From: Octopus vulgaris
Taxonomy: Eukaryota
Length of the DNA: 64,000 nt
Reading direction: 5' to 3'
Assembly (NCBI GenBank): GCA_951406725.2
Contig: OX597818.1
Span: 86,924,001-86,988,000 of the forward strand
The notes under the pieces are model-generated. The model did no database searches, was not told the DNA's origin, and was given only the letters and a program-made list of their open reading frames with translations. Below, in pieces: positions 51,470 to 63,815 of the stretch; position 1 is the first letter of the stretch; each line of letters begins with the position of its first letter. Made by a program: the position numbers and the translations under genes.

Positions 51470-51996
51470 CATACATACATACATACATACATACATACAC
51501 AAACACAGTAATTCTTCGCCATATCGCGGTTCATCTATCACGGTTTATTATTTAAGATTATGTCGATTCCGCCATGGTGTTGTTTTGCATTTGTAATAAA
51601 TTGAACATATACAAATTATAGAAATGACTTTAAAAAAATATACAGCACAGCACAGCACTGATTCTACATCGGATGTTCACCTGGGGTGGGGGTTGGAGCA
51701 TATATTCGCGATAGTCATGGGATTACTGTATGTATATTGTTTTGTCGTTTGTTTTCGTCGTTGTCCTGTACGTTCGTTAGGTATTCTCCGTGGCTTTTTG
51801 CCGCTGGCGCCGCCAAAAGTGAACAATATCAACGCTAAAGGCGCGAAATTGTAAGGATCTTTTGGACGTTGACTGACGAGGAAATAGCTACGAATTTTCT
51901 GTTTTTCATGCTTTTGTTAAATTATTTGAAACACACACACACACAAACACATGTATATATATATATATATAATGTAAGGCAGAAAGATTTGATATA

Positions 51997-52119
51997 CAGT
52001 AATCCTTTGGCTATCGTGTTACGTTCAAAAACCCCATACGATAGGTGAAAATGCATGAAGTAGAAACAGTACTATATATTTTATTAGCTAATAAACCGCG
52101 ATATGACGAGGGATTGCTT
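51997..52119. mobile_element. Short Tigger-like MITE
   Basis: ta|cagtaatcctt ... gagggattgct; a related left end lies at about 51506. Confidence 0.55.
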
Positions 52120-53299
52120 AATTTCTCTGAGAAGATGACAATTGTCTTAATTTTTTATGCATTTTCGTCCATTTTTTTGTTTATATATACGCACGCGCAT
52201 GTACACTCACACACGCGTACATACACACACACGCACACAAACCTCTATAAAGCGGTTACACTGGACGCCACTTTCAAAGATTTAGTGCAGATTTTTAAAT
52301 CTAGTCCTTAACTATAAAATGTATGTGTGCCAAGAGTTTCTCTCTCTCTCTCTGAAACAGGCATGATGAAATGGTTTAGAAGTTCACTTCGCAATTTGTG
52401 AGATCCCGGTTTCAGTCCTACTGTGTGGTACCCTGGGTAGTATCTGTTATCGCAACTTAGGATTGACCCATGGCTTTTTGATGAAATTCCACGGACAGAA
52501 ACAATGAAAGCCCCTGAAATGTTCTGTACCTGTAATTCACAAGGACTTACTTTGTTACACTGTATTTGTCACGCTGTGTCCGAAAACTACGTTAAAGATA
52601 CAAGATACTGTGAAAAATTCAGCTACTTTCATTGTAATTCTATATAAGTAAATAGCTCAGTTGACCAAACATCTCGAATACTCATCTTTGAAACCGACGG
52701 AGATCCATTCACTATTTTACTATATAGAAGGTTATCACTCCAAACATCCATATTAAAACCTCTAACAGTCCCTGAACCGAATACCTCTCTGAATGGGACC
52801 AGAACTAGACCCTGGGGTCAAAAGCTCGTAACTGTTCCACACACTCCTAAAAACCTTGGAGTGAATACAGGTGTTTTTAAGGAAATACCTGATCATCTTT
52901 CTATCTAAGATCTCTGCTGGGCCCACCTCACCACAATAAAACCACAAATGGGGGTAGCGTCATCAAAACCACTCATTTACCGAAAAAACAAGCTCATGGA
53001 GAAAATTTCTCGTCTCGTTTTATTTACGGAGAGCCACCGATTAGTGCAACCAGTCACAGTATGATGAGAATATAATAAGAGAGATTATATGTGTTGTCTA
53101 TTCGTAGCGTTCTCCTTTCCGGTATCTGATACTGAAGAGGAGATAACCACTCCGAAATACATGTAGCCATCTATTTGGTTAAGAAGGTGCTTCGAACTGA
53201 TTTGGTGTGTTTACACTTATTTGCCTACAGCGAGAAAATTTTTCTCCGTGACTAAATACAATGAATGATTTTATTACGAATTCGAAAATACTCTTAGCA

Positions 53300-53613
53300 C
53301 AGGGGTCGGCAAACTGGGGTAAATTACCTCAAGTGAGGTAAAAATGAAATTCTTTGGGGGGTAATGAGGACTCATGGGGCATAAATAAAATTACGTAAAA
53401 AACCGTGTTCCTTGTTACAACAGAAAATTTTCTTCTGCCAACACTGCATCTGATCAGTGTAATGGACGGGTAAATAGATTCATACAAATAGATTCAATAA
53501 ACCTTTTGAATTCAAAGAATCTATGATTTTCTTCCTTTGAAATCAAGGACGTAACGTCGGTGTAAATAAATATATTTTAAGGTAATTGGTTAACAAAAGT
53601 TCCCCGACTCCTG
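53300..53613. mobile_element. hAT/Charlie-like MITE
   Basis: TIR caggggtcggcaaact / agttccccgactcctg; flanks tcttagca / ccctagca (6/8, TAG-centred). Confidence 0.7.
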
Positions 53614-53675
53614 CCCTAGCATATTTGAACTGGTAACAAGTTTGTCTATTTACATATCATTGCTTACGGCTTCTT

Positions 53676-54025
53676 GGATCTTTTCGGTTTGAACGGCAGT
53701 TTTCCTAGCTGTGTCATATGAAATTGTCACCCATAATTATGACCCTAGTATCGATCTATTTATTGCATTTTAATCTATTTTAGGGTTAGGGTTGGGGGAA
53801 GGGTATCTTTTTTTTCTTCAGAAATGTAAATAAACCCAATTGAAATTGCAGAAATTGAAGAAAAAACAACAAATATCTTACAAACCATAGAATTTTTTCA
53901 TACTATAGAATAAAGCCTAGAGAAAAAGATGTTTTATAAACACATTCTACCAGTATACGAAGTTTAAAAGAGTTTAGTTACGTGGAAATCATTTTAAAAA
54001 ACTGCCGTTCAAACCGAAAAGATCC
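53676..54025. mobile_element. GG-terminal MITE with TTAGGG repeats (family of 24029-24656)
   Basis: Perfect TIR ggatcttttcggtttgaacggcagtttt; flanks ggcttctt / tccttctt. Confidence 0.8.
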
Positions 54026-54736
54026 TCCTTCTTTTCTGCATGCCACGCATACATCGCCAAAACGTATCAAGAAATGAAATGATAGCGAGACATCTTGTAC
54101 GTCATTGGATTTAAGAGACAAAACCTTGTACTAACACTTTTGACACTACTCTCGGTTGCCACAGTAGGTTCCAGTGGCAAGCATTGCAAGACAACTGCTT
54201 CTATTTTGACTGTCAGAGTTTTATGCCAAAGTATCTTTCTCGTAGAAGAGTTGCCTTCCCCCACGGCTTTGACAAAAATAACGGGAGTCTCCTCTATCTC
54301 TGCGAAAGCTATCTCATAGACTGGGCCCTGTTAGATACTACCGTTTCGGGACAAAGCGAACTTGAGTGTAATGGTAAGAACTCCCGCACTGGAGCCTCAC
54401 CAGCGAATGCAGTTTAATGTTATACCCAGGATGTGTGTTTATCCGTCTCCTTGTCTCGACATGGCGCCATACTTGTAAACCAGCCTCATTGTTATAAAAG
54501 AAATGTCCTTCGTTACCAGTCGTCTGTAAAAATATATCCAGGCACAGGGAAGCATTACCTTTGCTTGGAAACAGGCGAGTGTGAACAGGGAGGGTGTTCG
54601 GCCGTAGAAAAACTTGCCTCTACGAATTCCGTCTCACCATTGCAGGGAAAGAAATAAAAAGAAAATCGACATTAAAACGATGATGTAAGGGGTATGAGTG
54701 TACGTATGTATAATTGTATCCAAATTGCACTTCTGA

Positions 54737-54802
<66 letters not shown>

Positions 54803-55222
54803 TATGCATATGTATATATTGTTTCTATTTTGTTTAAAAATGTATGTGTATTGTACCCATCTGCTGTCACTGCTTATATTTTGCCTAATGTATCAGTTCA
54901 TGTGTGTGGGAATTCTTAATGAAGGTTGCCGACACGTTTTCGAGGTTGTAGCGTTTAATGCTTCCTGTTACAAATATATCAAACAATAAATTACATGTTA
55001 ACATATTTTAATGTGGACAACATTTAAAACCTAACTAGAAATAAAGGGTGCAGTAAAAAGAAAAGAAAAAAAAAACAATGACTGTACGCACTTCTCTCAT
55101 AGTGTATACACACACACATACACGCTATAGGAGTAGGCATGAATGTGTGATTAAAGGGCTCGCTTTGCAACCATGTAGTTCTGAGTTCAGTCCCATTGCA
55201 CGGTACTTGGGCAAGCGTCTCG

Positions 55223-55693
55223 GGATATTTTCGGTTTGAACGGCAGTTTTTTAAAATAATTTCCACTTGCTCGACTAAAGGCGGTGCTCCAGCATGGCCG
55301 CAGTCAAATGACTGAAACAAGTAAAAGAGTAAAGAGAGTAACTAAACACTTTTAAACTTCGTATACTGGTAGAATGTGTCTATAAAATATCTTTTTCTCT
55401 TGGCTTTATTGAGAAAATTCTATAGTTTGTAAGATATTTCTGCAATTTCAACCAATCAACGACGTCTATTGAGGTGAAAACATTCTGTGCCGTATGAATA
55501 TGTCCCTCGTTTGAGAAACAGATTGGGTTTATTTACATTTCTGAAGAAAAAAGATACCGTTCCCCCTCACCCCTAACCAACCCTAACGCTAAAACAGATT
55601 GAAATGCAATAGATCGATACTAGGGTCATAATTATGGGTGACAATTTCATATGACACCGCTAGAAAAAACTGCCGTTCAAACCGAAAAGATCC
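55223..55693. mobile_element. Second copy of the GG-terminal MITE, inverted relative to 53676, nested in a family A SINE and containing a SINE tail
   Basis: TIRs as above; flanks gcgtctcg / gtgtcttg; family A tail fragment at about 55267-55338. Confidence 0.8.
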
Positions 55694-55973
55694 GTGTCTT
55701 GTATTATTAACACCTCTGACCGACCGATGCCTGGTACGTAAATTTGGCAGACGGAAACTGAGGAAGCCCTTTGAGCAGGCGTCTTTGCGGTGGTTGACAA
55801 ACTCCCCCCCCTCCGACCACACACACACCTACAGCACCGCTTGGCAACCCTTGCTGATTTGTGTACATTTCCGTAACTTAATGGTTAAATAAATAACGCA
55901 CTTAAAAATAAGGTAATTTTGCATTAACTTTATTATGCCTTGATGTAAAATGAAACCGTTTAACAATGCAGGA

Positions 55974-56006
<33 letters not shown>

Positions 56007-56716
56007 ATGACATTCATTTGTAATCTATCGGTATTTCGGGCTGCACTGCCCTTAGACGTGATAAAACAAGCTATAAAGACAAGTAGTTTTCATTTCAAAG
56101 CTTTGTCTGATTCGTTTTTAACATCTGCCTCTTATTGCTTCGGGACAAAGTTTGCTTATTCAGTCACATTCAAGAGAGAAACTTGTTAAAACATATCCAA
56201 TGGATTTATATTAGTCATCGTCCGGTCGAGCTTTACTTGTATTATAGAATACATAATTCGTTTGTGCTCCGTTACAAAGTTACCTTAGAGACCACTAAAC
56301 TATGTTGCTCTAAATATCTTTCCTACTACGTCACGAAATAGAAATAGCCATGCTAAAATTTGCCAAGAATTAGCTGTTCTAAAATTTGCTCACAAAACCG
56401 CACTCAACTGATACAGTTTATCTAGAACAGGGCTTCCCAAAGTGATCTATTAAGACCCCGGGGTGAAGCGGTGAATTAAAAGCCTAGGAATCTGCAGGGG
56501 GTTAATTTCCCAGTTTGCGTTTTTTAATCCTTTTATATAAATAGATGAAAGAAAATCGCTTGATCATGTAGTTTAGTTGCCAGGTGTCGCTCAGCGAGCA
56601 GAATGCCTGATTGAGTGTAATGCTGTGCCGTTGCATTTGAATTCAGTACATAAAACCAGAAGAAATGTCGCTAAACATTTTGTTCAACGTGCTAGCAATT
56701 CTGCCAGCTCCCCACC

Positions 56717-56751
<35 letters not shown>

Positions 56752-57399
56752 CGTATAATACTTCTTTATACTCTTCTCAGGTTCATTTGATTCTCTTAAA
56801 TTTTTCTTTCTTTGGTGGGTGCGGCGGTGAGTTTTTGTGGGCTCGAGTTGGGGCAGTTTCCGTTCAAGTGGCCATCCAGATTTGTATTCAGTGAAGATTT
56901 CGTGTCGGTGGATCACTTTTCGATTCCAGGCTGGCACTCTCCTGGGGAACGCGCTTCCAGATTAACCATAGAACAAGCAATTTGGTGTACTGTTGTAGTT
57001 TTTCTTTTTGTTTCTCTTAAGACATATTTGTTCTAGATTTAAAAAAAAAAAATCATAAAATGGTCAAAAAGGGAACTGAAAATTATTTGAGGATGATCCT
57101 TGGATTACCATCGATAGAGGAAGTGCAAAAAATTGTTTTAACTGGCACGTCACGCGTATTGATGAAAGCATTGTCTCTGTAAATTTTCTTTCCCTTTCCC
57201 CCTTATGTTCTGTGCTCATTTTCTTTAATTTCTTTCTTCCGGCTTTCCTAACTTTTTCAACAACCTGGTGTGTTTATTTTAATGTCCGACCAATGTATAA
57301 CAGTGAGTTTCTTTGCCCTGGGTACTGGGAAAACACTCGGTAAGAAGTGGAAACAGAATCGAAAGAAGACAATAATAATATTAATAATAAAAATCTTAT

Positions 57400-58020
57400 T
57401 TTGGCACATGGTCGGGAATTTTGTGGGGAAGACTAAGGCGATTACACCGACCCTAGTCTTTGATTGGTACTTATTCTATTAATCTCGAAAGGATGAAAGG
57501 TAAAGTCGACCTCGGCGGAATTTGAACTTAGAGCATAAAACTGGAGGAAATGATGCTGAACTTATTGTCCGACGCTTAAACAATTGCGCCACCTCGTTGC
57601 TTTATATAAGATCCTTTTTACTAAACGCACAAGGTTTGAAATTTTGGGGAAGAGGAATAGTCGATTTCATCGACCCCCATTGCTCAACTGGTACATACTT
57701 TCATCAAACCTGAAGAGATACTTAGAATTTAAGGCCAGAAGAGATACTCCTGAGCATTTAGTCCAGCGTTCTGACGATTCTACCGCCTTAATAATAATAA
57801 TAATAATCCTTTCTACTGTAGGCACAAGGCCTGAAATTTTGGGAGATGGTATAAATCGATTACTTCGACCCTGGTACGTAACTGGTACTTATTTCATCGA
57901 ATTTGAAAGGATGAACGGCAATGTCAACCTTGGCAGAATTTGAACTTAGACGTTCACATGGACAAAATACCACTCAGCATTTTGCCTGGCACGCTAACGA
58001 TTCTGCCAGCTTGTCACCTT
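57400..58020 (-). mobile_element. Three tandem degenerate family B SINEs
   Basis: Repeated ctggtacttat..gaaaggatgaa..gtcgacctcggcggaatttgaac motifs separated by (AAT)n. Confidence 0.7.
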
Positions 58021-58029
58021 AATTATAAA

Positions 58030-58775
58030 GAGCAGAAGTAGTGGGGAGCATCATAGCCATGTGTTGAGAGGGATTCTTTAGGGTTTGAATAATTCACCTC
58101 TGGAAACATGGGTGGTTCTTTCAACATCCTTAAACAACCCTTATTCAGGGACCTTTTGAGCGGGATGGGCTACTCAACCTGAAGAAAATTCTAACTGGGC
58201 CCCACCTGCAAGGTCATGTGCTGTTTATCTTGACACTAGCAGTATCGCCCGGCGTTGCTCAGGTTTGTAAGGGAAATAACTATAAAGCATTTTTAGAGAG
58301 TTATAGCCAAAAAATAGCAAAAAAATGGAAAAAAAATTATGGTAAATTTTTTTTTGAGAGTAAAAAAAGGTTGAGTTGCGTCCCCTAGACAGTCTGTGGT
58401 TTGTTTTTTTTGATTCTCGACCCCATGTCGAATTTATCGATTTTTTTCAGAACTGGGGTTAACTTTTCAAAATTTTCGCTGCGTTAGTTTTGAATTATGA
58501 CATTGGGCTATGTGTGTGTCAAGTTTCATCAGAATCGGTTGAAAGCCGTGGTCAGGGTGAGGGTACGAGAAAACAGACACACAGAAACACGCACAGACAA
58601 ACTGCCGTTTATATATAGAGAGATGAGATCACCATGTCGCGCACATATGGTTGTGATGCATGTGCCTGGTGTACCCTTATCAGACGGGTAGTCATGATGG
58701 GTATATTGGGCTTCGTATATTTTACTCCAGTGTCACTTTGATGGCATGAACTACTCTCTCACTCAATAATAATAA
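58030..58775 (+). mobile_element. Family F repeat interrupted by a Helitron
   Basis: Matches 34850-35205 on both sides of the insertion. Confidence 0.8.
58236..58623 (-). mobile_element. Non-autonomous Helitron (388 bp)
   Basis: On the minus strand 5'-TC...CTAG-3' between host A and T, no TSD, subterminal inverted repeat cgcc-g-ggcg; empty site tcttgata|tgagatc seen in other family F copies. Confidence 0.85.
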
Positions 58776-59509
58776 TAAATAATCCTTTCTACTGTAGACA
58801 CAAGGCCTGGAATTTACATCGACCCCAGTGTTTCACTTGTACTTAATTTATCAATCCTGAAAGGATGAAAGGCAAAGTCGACCATGGCAGAATTTGAAAT
58901 AATGATAATAACAACAACAACTTATCTGTAACCAGAAACTCCATTGTATTTTGAGTTTACATAATTTGGCGAAATCTTTTTATAAAAAGAGCTTATCTGA
59001 TAGCAGTTTAAATTTGAATAAATACCTGTCCTCACCTATCACATTCTTATAATTTTGTTGGTTAATTCAAAGTATGAATCATTTAGAAAACAGTCCACTG
59101 TTATTTAACAATGTTTAACAGTAGTTGGGTGTCAATTAAGGTCAATTCTGTCGTAATGCTTGCCTTCCAGTGTCACCATGTTTTAACAATGCCACCTCCC
59201 GTCTCGTATTTGCTGACAATTGAAGGTCGAGTTGTCCTTCTCTCTCCTTCAAACACTTGTAAAACTGTTTGAATCTGTGTTTATAGCTTCCAATACATTA
59301 CATGCGCACATATATACATACGTGTATACACACATACTTGTACACATGCATACCTTCGTACATACACAAATACACACACACACATAACTAGCCATAAATA
59401 CACACACACATACATATAAATGACATTTAAAAACATTTGAGGATAAAAGGCCAATAATTACTTTACTCCACTATCTGTGCACATGCTTCAATTACAGAGT
59501 TTCTACATA

Positions 59510-60019
59510 CCGTAAATCCTCGAGTATAGTCCGCCCTTGAGTATAATACGCAGGGGATTTTTAGGGGGCTGTACCTCTGAAAAATCTAAACCTGTGTATA
59601 ATACGCACCCCTTCTCTAACTTGAGTCATGGAGGTCTATATAACGTCCTTGGTTTGTAAAAATGTATACAGTAACGTCCTTTATTATTATTGTATATATA
59701 ACTTAATGCAAACGTGTAGCTTTTTTGTGCATTTTGTTTGCAGAAAATAAAGAAATAACAGTAATAACAGCAATAACGTTTAATAAATGCTGCTTAGTGC
59801 AAGTTATTGATGATTCTTTTATGACTTCATCGCTTTCAGGCTTAGCTTAAGGTATTTTCACGCCCAACATCACAAAATGTGTCTGAATAAACATAGCCAG
59901 GCAGCAAATAGAGACTTGGACATTGCTTAGAAAATAATTTTCATTTTTATAGTACGCACAAGGGATTTTAATCTTTAAATTTTGAGAAAAAAATGCGGAT
60001 TATACTCGAGGATTTATGA
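59510..60019. mobile_element. Tc1/mariner (pogo/Tigger-like) MITE
   Basis: ta|ccgtaaatcctcgagtata ... tatactcgaggatttatga|ta. Confidence 0.75.
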
Positions 60020-60387
60020 TAGTTGCTCAGCCTGCAAGAAATAGCTACCAAGTTAACTCAAATTTTCCCCTACCCTGGTCAATATAATCCGAGATGTGTT
60101 GCTGTTTAGCCCGAATCGAGCAGAACTATAATCAAGAACATTCCTACAGTCCTTGCACCATCATTTCCCTCACATCAACATTCAGTTTAGTCTTCTAGAA
60201 AAAGTGAAAGTAAATTGCACTGAAAGTGAACCCCATTATTCCATGTTTACAATTTCCTATTTTTGTAGTACACTACCAGACCAATTATCTAGCAAGCTTG
60301 AGACTGGAAGTGTCCCAAATTTGTGAAGTATAAGCAAAGAACTAAATTGAATTCAACAGATTCAAATTAATACACTTCCAAATCAGG

Positions 60388-60715
60388 TGAAGGCGTGTGG
60401 CTTAGTGGTTAGGGGCATTCGGCTCATAATCGTAAGGTTGTGAGTTCAATTCCCGGTGGTGCGTTGTGTCCTTGAGCAAGACACTTTATTTTATTTCATG
60501 TTGCTCCAGTTCACTCAGCTGGCAAAAATGAGTAGTACCTGTATTTCAAAGGGCCAGCCTTGTCACATTCTGCGTCTCGCTGAATCTCCCCGAGAACTAC
60601 ATTAAGGGTACATGTGTTTGTGGAGTGCTCAGCCACTTACATGTTAATTTCACGAGCAAGCTGTTCCGTTGATCATATCAGCTGGGACCCTCGTTGTCGC
60701 AACCTACAGAGTGCT
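60388..60715 (+). mobile_element. Family E SINE
   Basis: A-box tggcttagtgg, B-box gttcaattcc, CORE-like box, family E tail. Confidence 0.8.
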
Positions 60716-60819
60716 TCTTCCAAATCAGGGTGTGTTTGATATTAATTTAATCCACCTAAAATTCTTAGAATATATCATACTGTACCATATCTATGGTATA
60801 ATGTTTATAGGATGAAATG

Positions 60820-60980
60820 GAAAACTTCTTAGGAAAATAAAGAAAACTGCTTAGGAAAATAATGAAGACTGCTTAGAAAAGTAAAGAAAACTGCCTAGGA
60901 AAATAAAATTGCTTAGAAAAGTAATGAAGACTGCTTATGAAAATAATGAAAACTGCTTAGAAAAGTAAAGAAAACTGCTT
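60820..60980. repeat. Minisatellite, about 21-bp unit (aaaactgcttaggaaaataaag)
   Basis: About seven tandem units visible. Confidence 0.85.
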
Positions 60981-61927
60981 TTAACACAACCTTTACAAAT
61001 TAACCAACTTCAAAGCAGGGTACAGTATTACTGCATAGTGTTCTGGATTTCTTTGAGCCAGAGAAGAGGTCCTGTACTGCTCTGTGACTACAGGCCCTTA
61101 TTTTTTCTATATCTTATAGTACTATCTTATGCATTTCTGAAATAGCATCTGAAGTACACAGCTGTAATGTTAGTATATTCGAATGATGAGAACATCCATA
61201 CATAATATACAGAAGGAAGGGCAATGGATTGTTCACCAAGAAGAAACTAGAGCGAAAGAGGCTCAAAGTTAAAGAAAACACGTTCTCGAATCTTTTTTTT
61301 ATATATCAATTATTATGTTTCTCTGTAAATAATATGTACGTTATAATATGCATCGTTTTCATATTAGATGCATATGTGTGTGTGTGTGTGTGCACATGCG
61401 CGATGTGGCTTGAGTCCCACGGACAGCCTTCAACTTTTTGTATCCAATGGATTTCTTTAACCCAATATTTACACTCTATTATTTATAGCTTTTTCTAAGG
61501 CGGCAAGCTAGCAGAATCATTAGCATGCCAGGCGAAATGCTTAGCGGCATTTTGTCTACCTCAACGTTCTGTGTTCAACTTCCACCGAGGCCAACTTTGC
61601 CTTTCATCGGGATCAATAAATTAAGTACCAGTTGAACACTGAGGGGTGAGGAGGTCAATATAATTGAATATCCCCCCACCAAAAAAAAATTTCAGGCCTT
61701 GTGCCTACAGTAGAAAAGATCATTTATAGCCTTTTCTGCTTTGAGATTCACCGTTCCAAAGCAGCACGCGTTCCAAAACACCACATACATACATTCTATA
61801 CATTGTATTCCTGTCATATACAAATGTTTGTATATATTTACATATATATTCTATATCGCATTTACATGTTATATAAACATAAAGGAATAATAGGATTTCA
61901 TTGTCATTTCCATGTGTTTTTATAATC

Positions 61928-61963
<36 letters not shown>

Positions 61964-62230
61964 ACATATATTTATATATGGACAATATATGGTAATCATA
62001 AAGTAATTTGTCTGGCATGTTATATTGAATTGAATATGAAAGGTAAACAAATAATCATAAATAATCAGTAAAAGTCATCAGCAATCAATAGTAATGGTAC
62101 TGATCATAAAATGCAGTTGATTTATTTCACTTATTATTATCATTATTATTATTATTATACCGAAGCATTTCATGTTGGAGATAAGAAACAAAAAACAACT
62201 TACTAAATCAACTTTGTATACAATATGCAT

Positions 62231-62261
<31 letters not shown>

Positions 62262-62309
62262 TAAACACAACGCACATAGGTACACAAACTCACACGACGA
62301 CTATTAGGG

Positions 62310-62882
62310 TTGCCACTCGTCTCTGTTTTCTACCATATGTAGGAAGGTTACGGTGTTGTGATATATCCAGTCCTTGATGTTATCAGGCCAAGATTTTCTA
62401 TCTGCTTCTCTTTCACCCTTCCTCACTCTGTCCTCAAGGATATGTTTGTTTGTTCCTTCTCGAGCCATGCCTGGCTCATAAGGGCCAGTATCCCCGTTTC
62501 TATGGCGTATATGTTCCCCACCTGGATGGGACACCGGTCCGTCACATGTGAGCCGCTAGATGCAGGAGGAAAGAGTGAGAGAAAGTTGTGGCAAAAGAGT
62601 TAGCAGAAGTTCGCCATTACATTCTGCCGGAACCATAAACACACACGTCGCCCAGTCTGAGAATCGAACCCGCGATCCCTCGACCGCGAGTCCACTGCTC
62701 TAACCACTTGGTCATGTGTCTCCACTGTCCTCAAGGATGGTTTTTGACAGGGAGTAGTGGCAGGATATGTGATCATATACCAGGCAAGCTTTCATACTTT
62801 TACCTGCACACCTGTCTATCTGCATATTTGTTGACATGCCTGACAAAGCTATTCATTTGGTGTTCTGTGTACTGGATTCTTT
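62310..62882 (-). mobile_element. RTE-type LINE 3' fragment split by a SINE (62442-62724)
   Basis: Minus-strand translation with frameshifts: RIQYTEHQMNSFVR...KLAW..HISCHYSLSKTILED|RVRKGEREADRKSWPDNIKDW..ENRDEW. SINE TSD ctgtcctcaaggat at 62428-62441 and 62725-62738. Confidence 0.8.
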
Positions 62883-63060
62883 GTTATATGTCAGCTGTTA
62901 GAGGTCAACTTTGCTTTTCATCCTTGTAGGAGTCAATAAAGGAAAATACTGGTCAAGAACTTGGGGTTGATGTAATCGACTTGTACCCTGCCCCTGAAAA
63001 TTGCTGGCCTTGTGTCAAAATTTGAAATGATATTTATTTTGCATGTCTTTCTACTTTCAG

Positions 63061-63158
63061 AGTATCATATCTACATCATGCTGCACTTATGGGCAACACA
63101 GAGGTTTTAAACCTACTCCTGCAAACTGGAATTGATGTCACTCTTAAAGACAACAAAG
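63061..63158 (+). CDS. CASKIN: Caskin-like ankyrin-repeat exon (G)VSYLHHAALMGNTEVLNLLLQTGIDVTLKDNK(G)
   Basis: ctactttcag acceptor, ag|gtaggt donor, 98 nt, phase 2/1; clear ankyrin repeat, close to CASKIN1 [34 protein letters not shown] as recalled. ANKS1 is the alternative but fits less well. Confidence 0.9.
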
Positions 63159-63461
63159 GTAGGTGGCTGTTACTTGTTTTCAACAGTGATGGTCATGGGA
63201 TCAACAATTATATTCTTGTTTATCACATGCCAGCATGGAAAAATGGACATTAAATGATGATGATGATGATGATGATGATGGTGGTGGCAGCAGCAATAAT
63301 CTTTTACTTGTTTCAGTTATTGGACTGTGGCCATGCTGGGATACTTCCTTGAAGGATTTAGTCAAACAAATCAACTCAGTATTTATATTTTAAGTCTGGC
63401 ACTTATTCTATCATTCACTTTTGCTGAACTGCTAAGTTACAGGAATGTAGGCACAGATGTC

Positions 63462-63815
63462 GTTATGTGGTAAGAAGCTTGCTTCCCAACCACATAGTTC
63501 TGGGTTCAGTCCCAGTGTGTGGCAGTTTTGGGAAAGTGTCTTCTACTACACCCTCAGACCAACCAAAGCCTTGTGAGTGGATTTGATTGAAGGAAACTGA
63601 AAAAAGCCTGTTGTGTACGTGTGTGTGTTTGTTTTTGTATCCCTCCACTGCTTGGCAACCAGTGTTGGTGTGTTTACATCCTTGTAACTTAGCAGTTCAG
63701 CAAAAGATACCAATTGAATAAGTGTCAGGCTTAAAAATGAAAATAAGTACTGGGGTTGATTCTTTCGACTAAAATTCTTCAAGACTGTGCCCCAGCATGG
63801 TCGCAATCTAATGTC
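63462..63815 (+). mobile_element. Family A SINE, CpG-decayed (an inverted family A tail precedes it at 63300-63450)
   Basis: Same layout as 12768-13154. Confidence 0.8.

Noticed and set aside
56781-56826. Apparent exon between ttctcag and gtgagt
   Set aside because: 46 nt, not frame-preserving, with a stop in the required phase-2 frame; exons 49181 and 63061 already join correctly without it.
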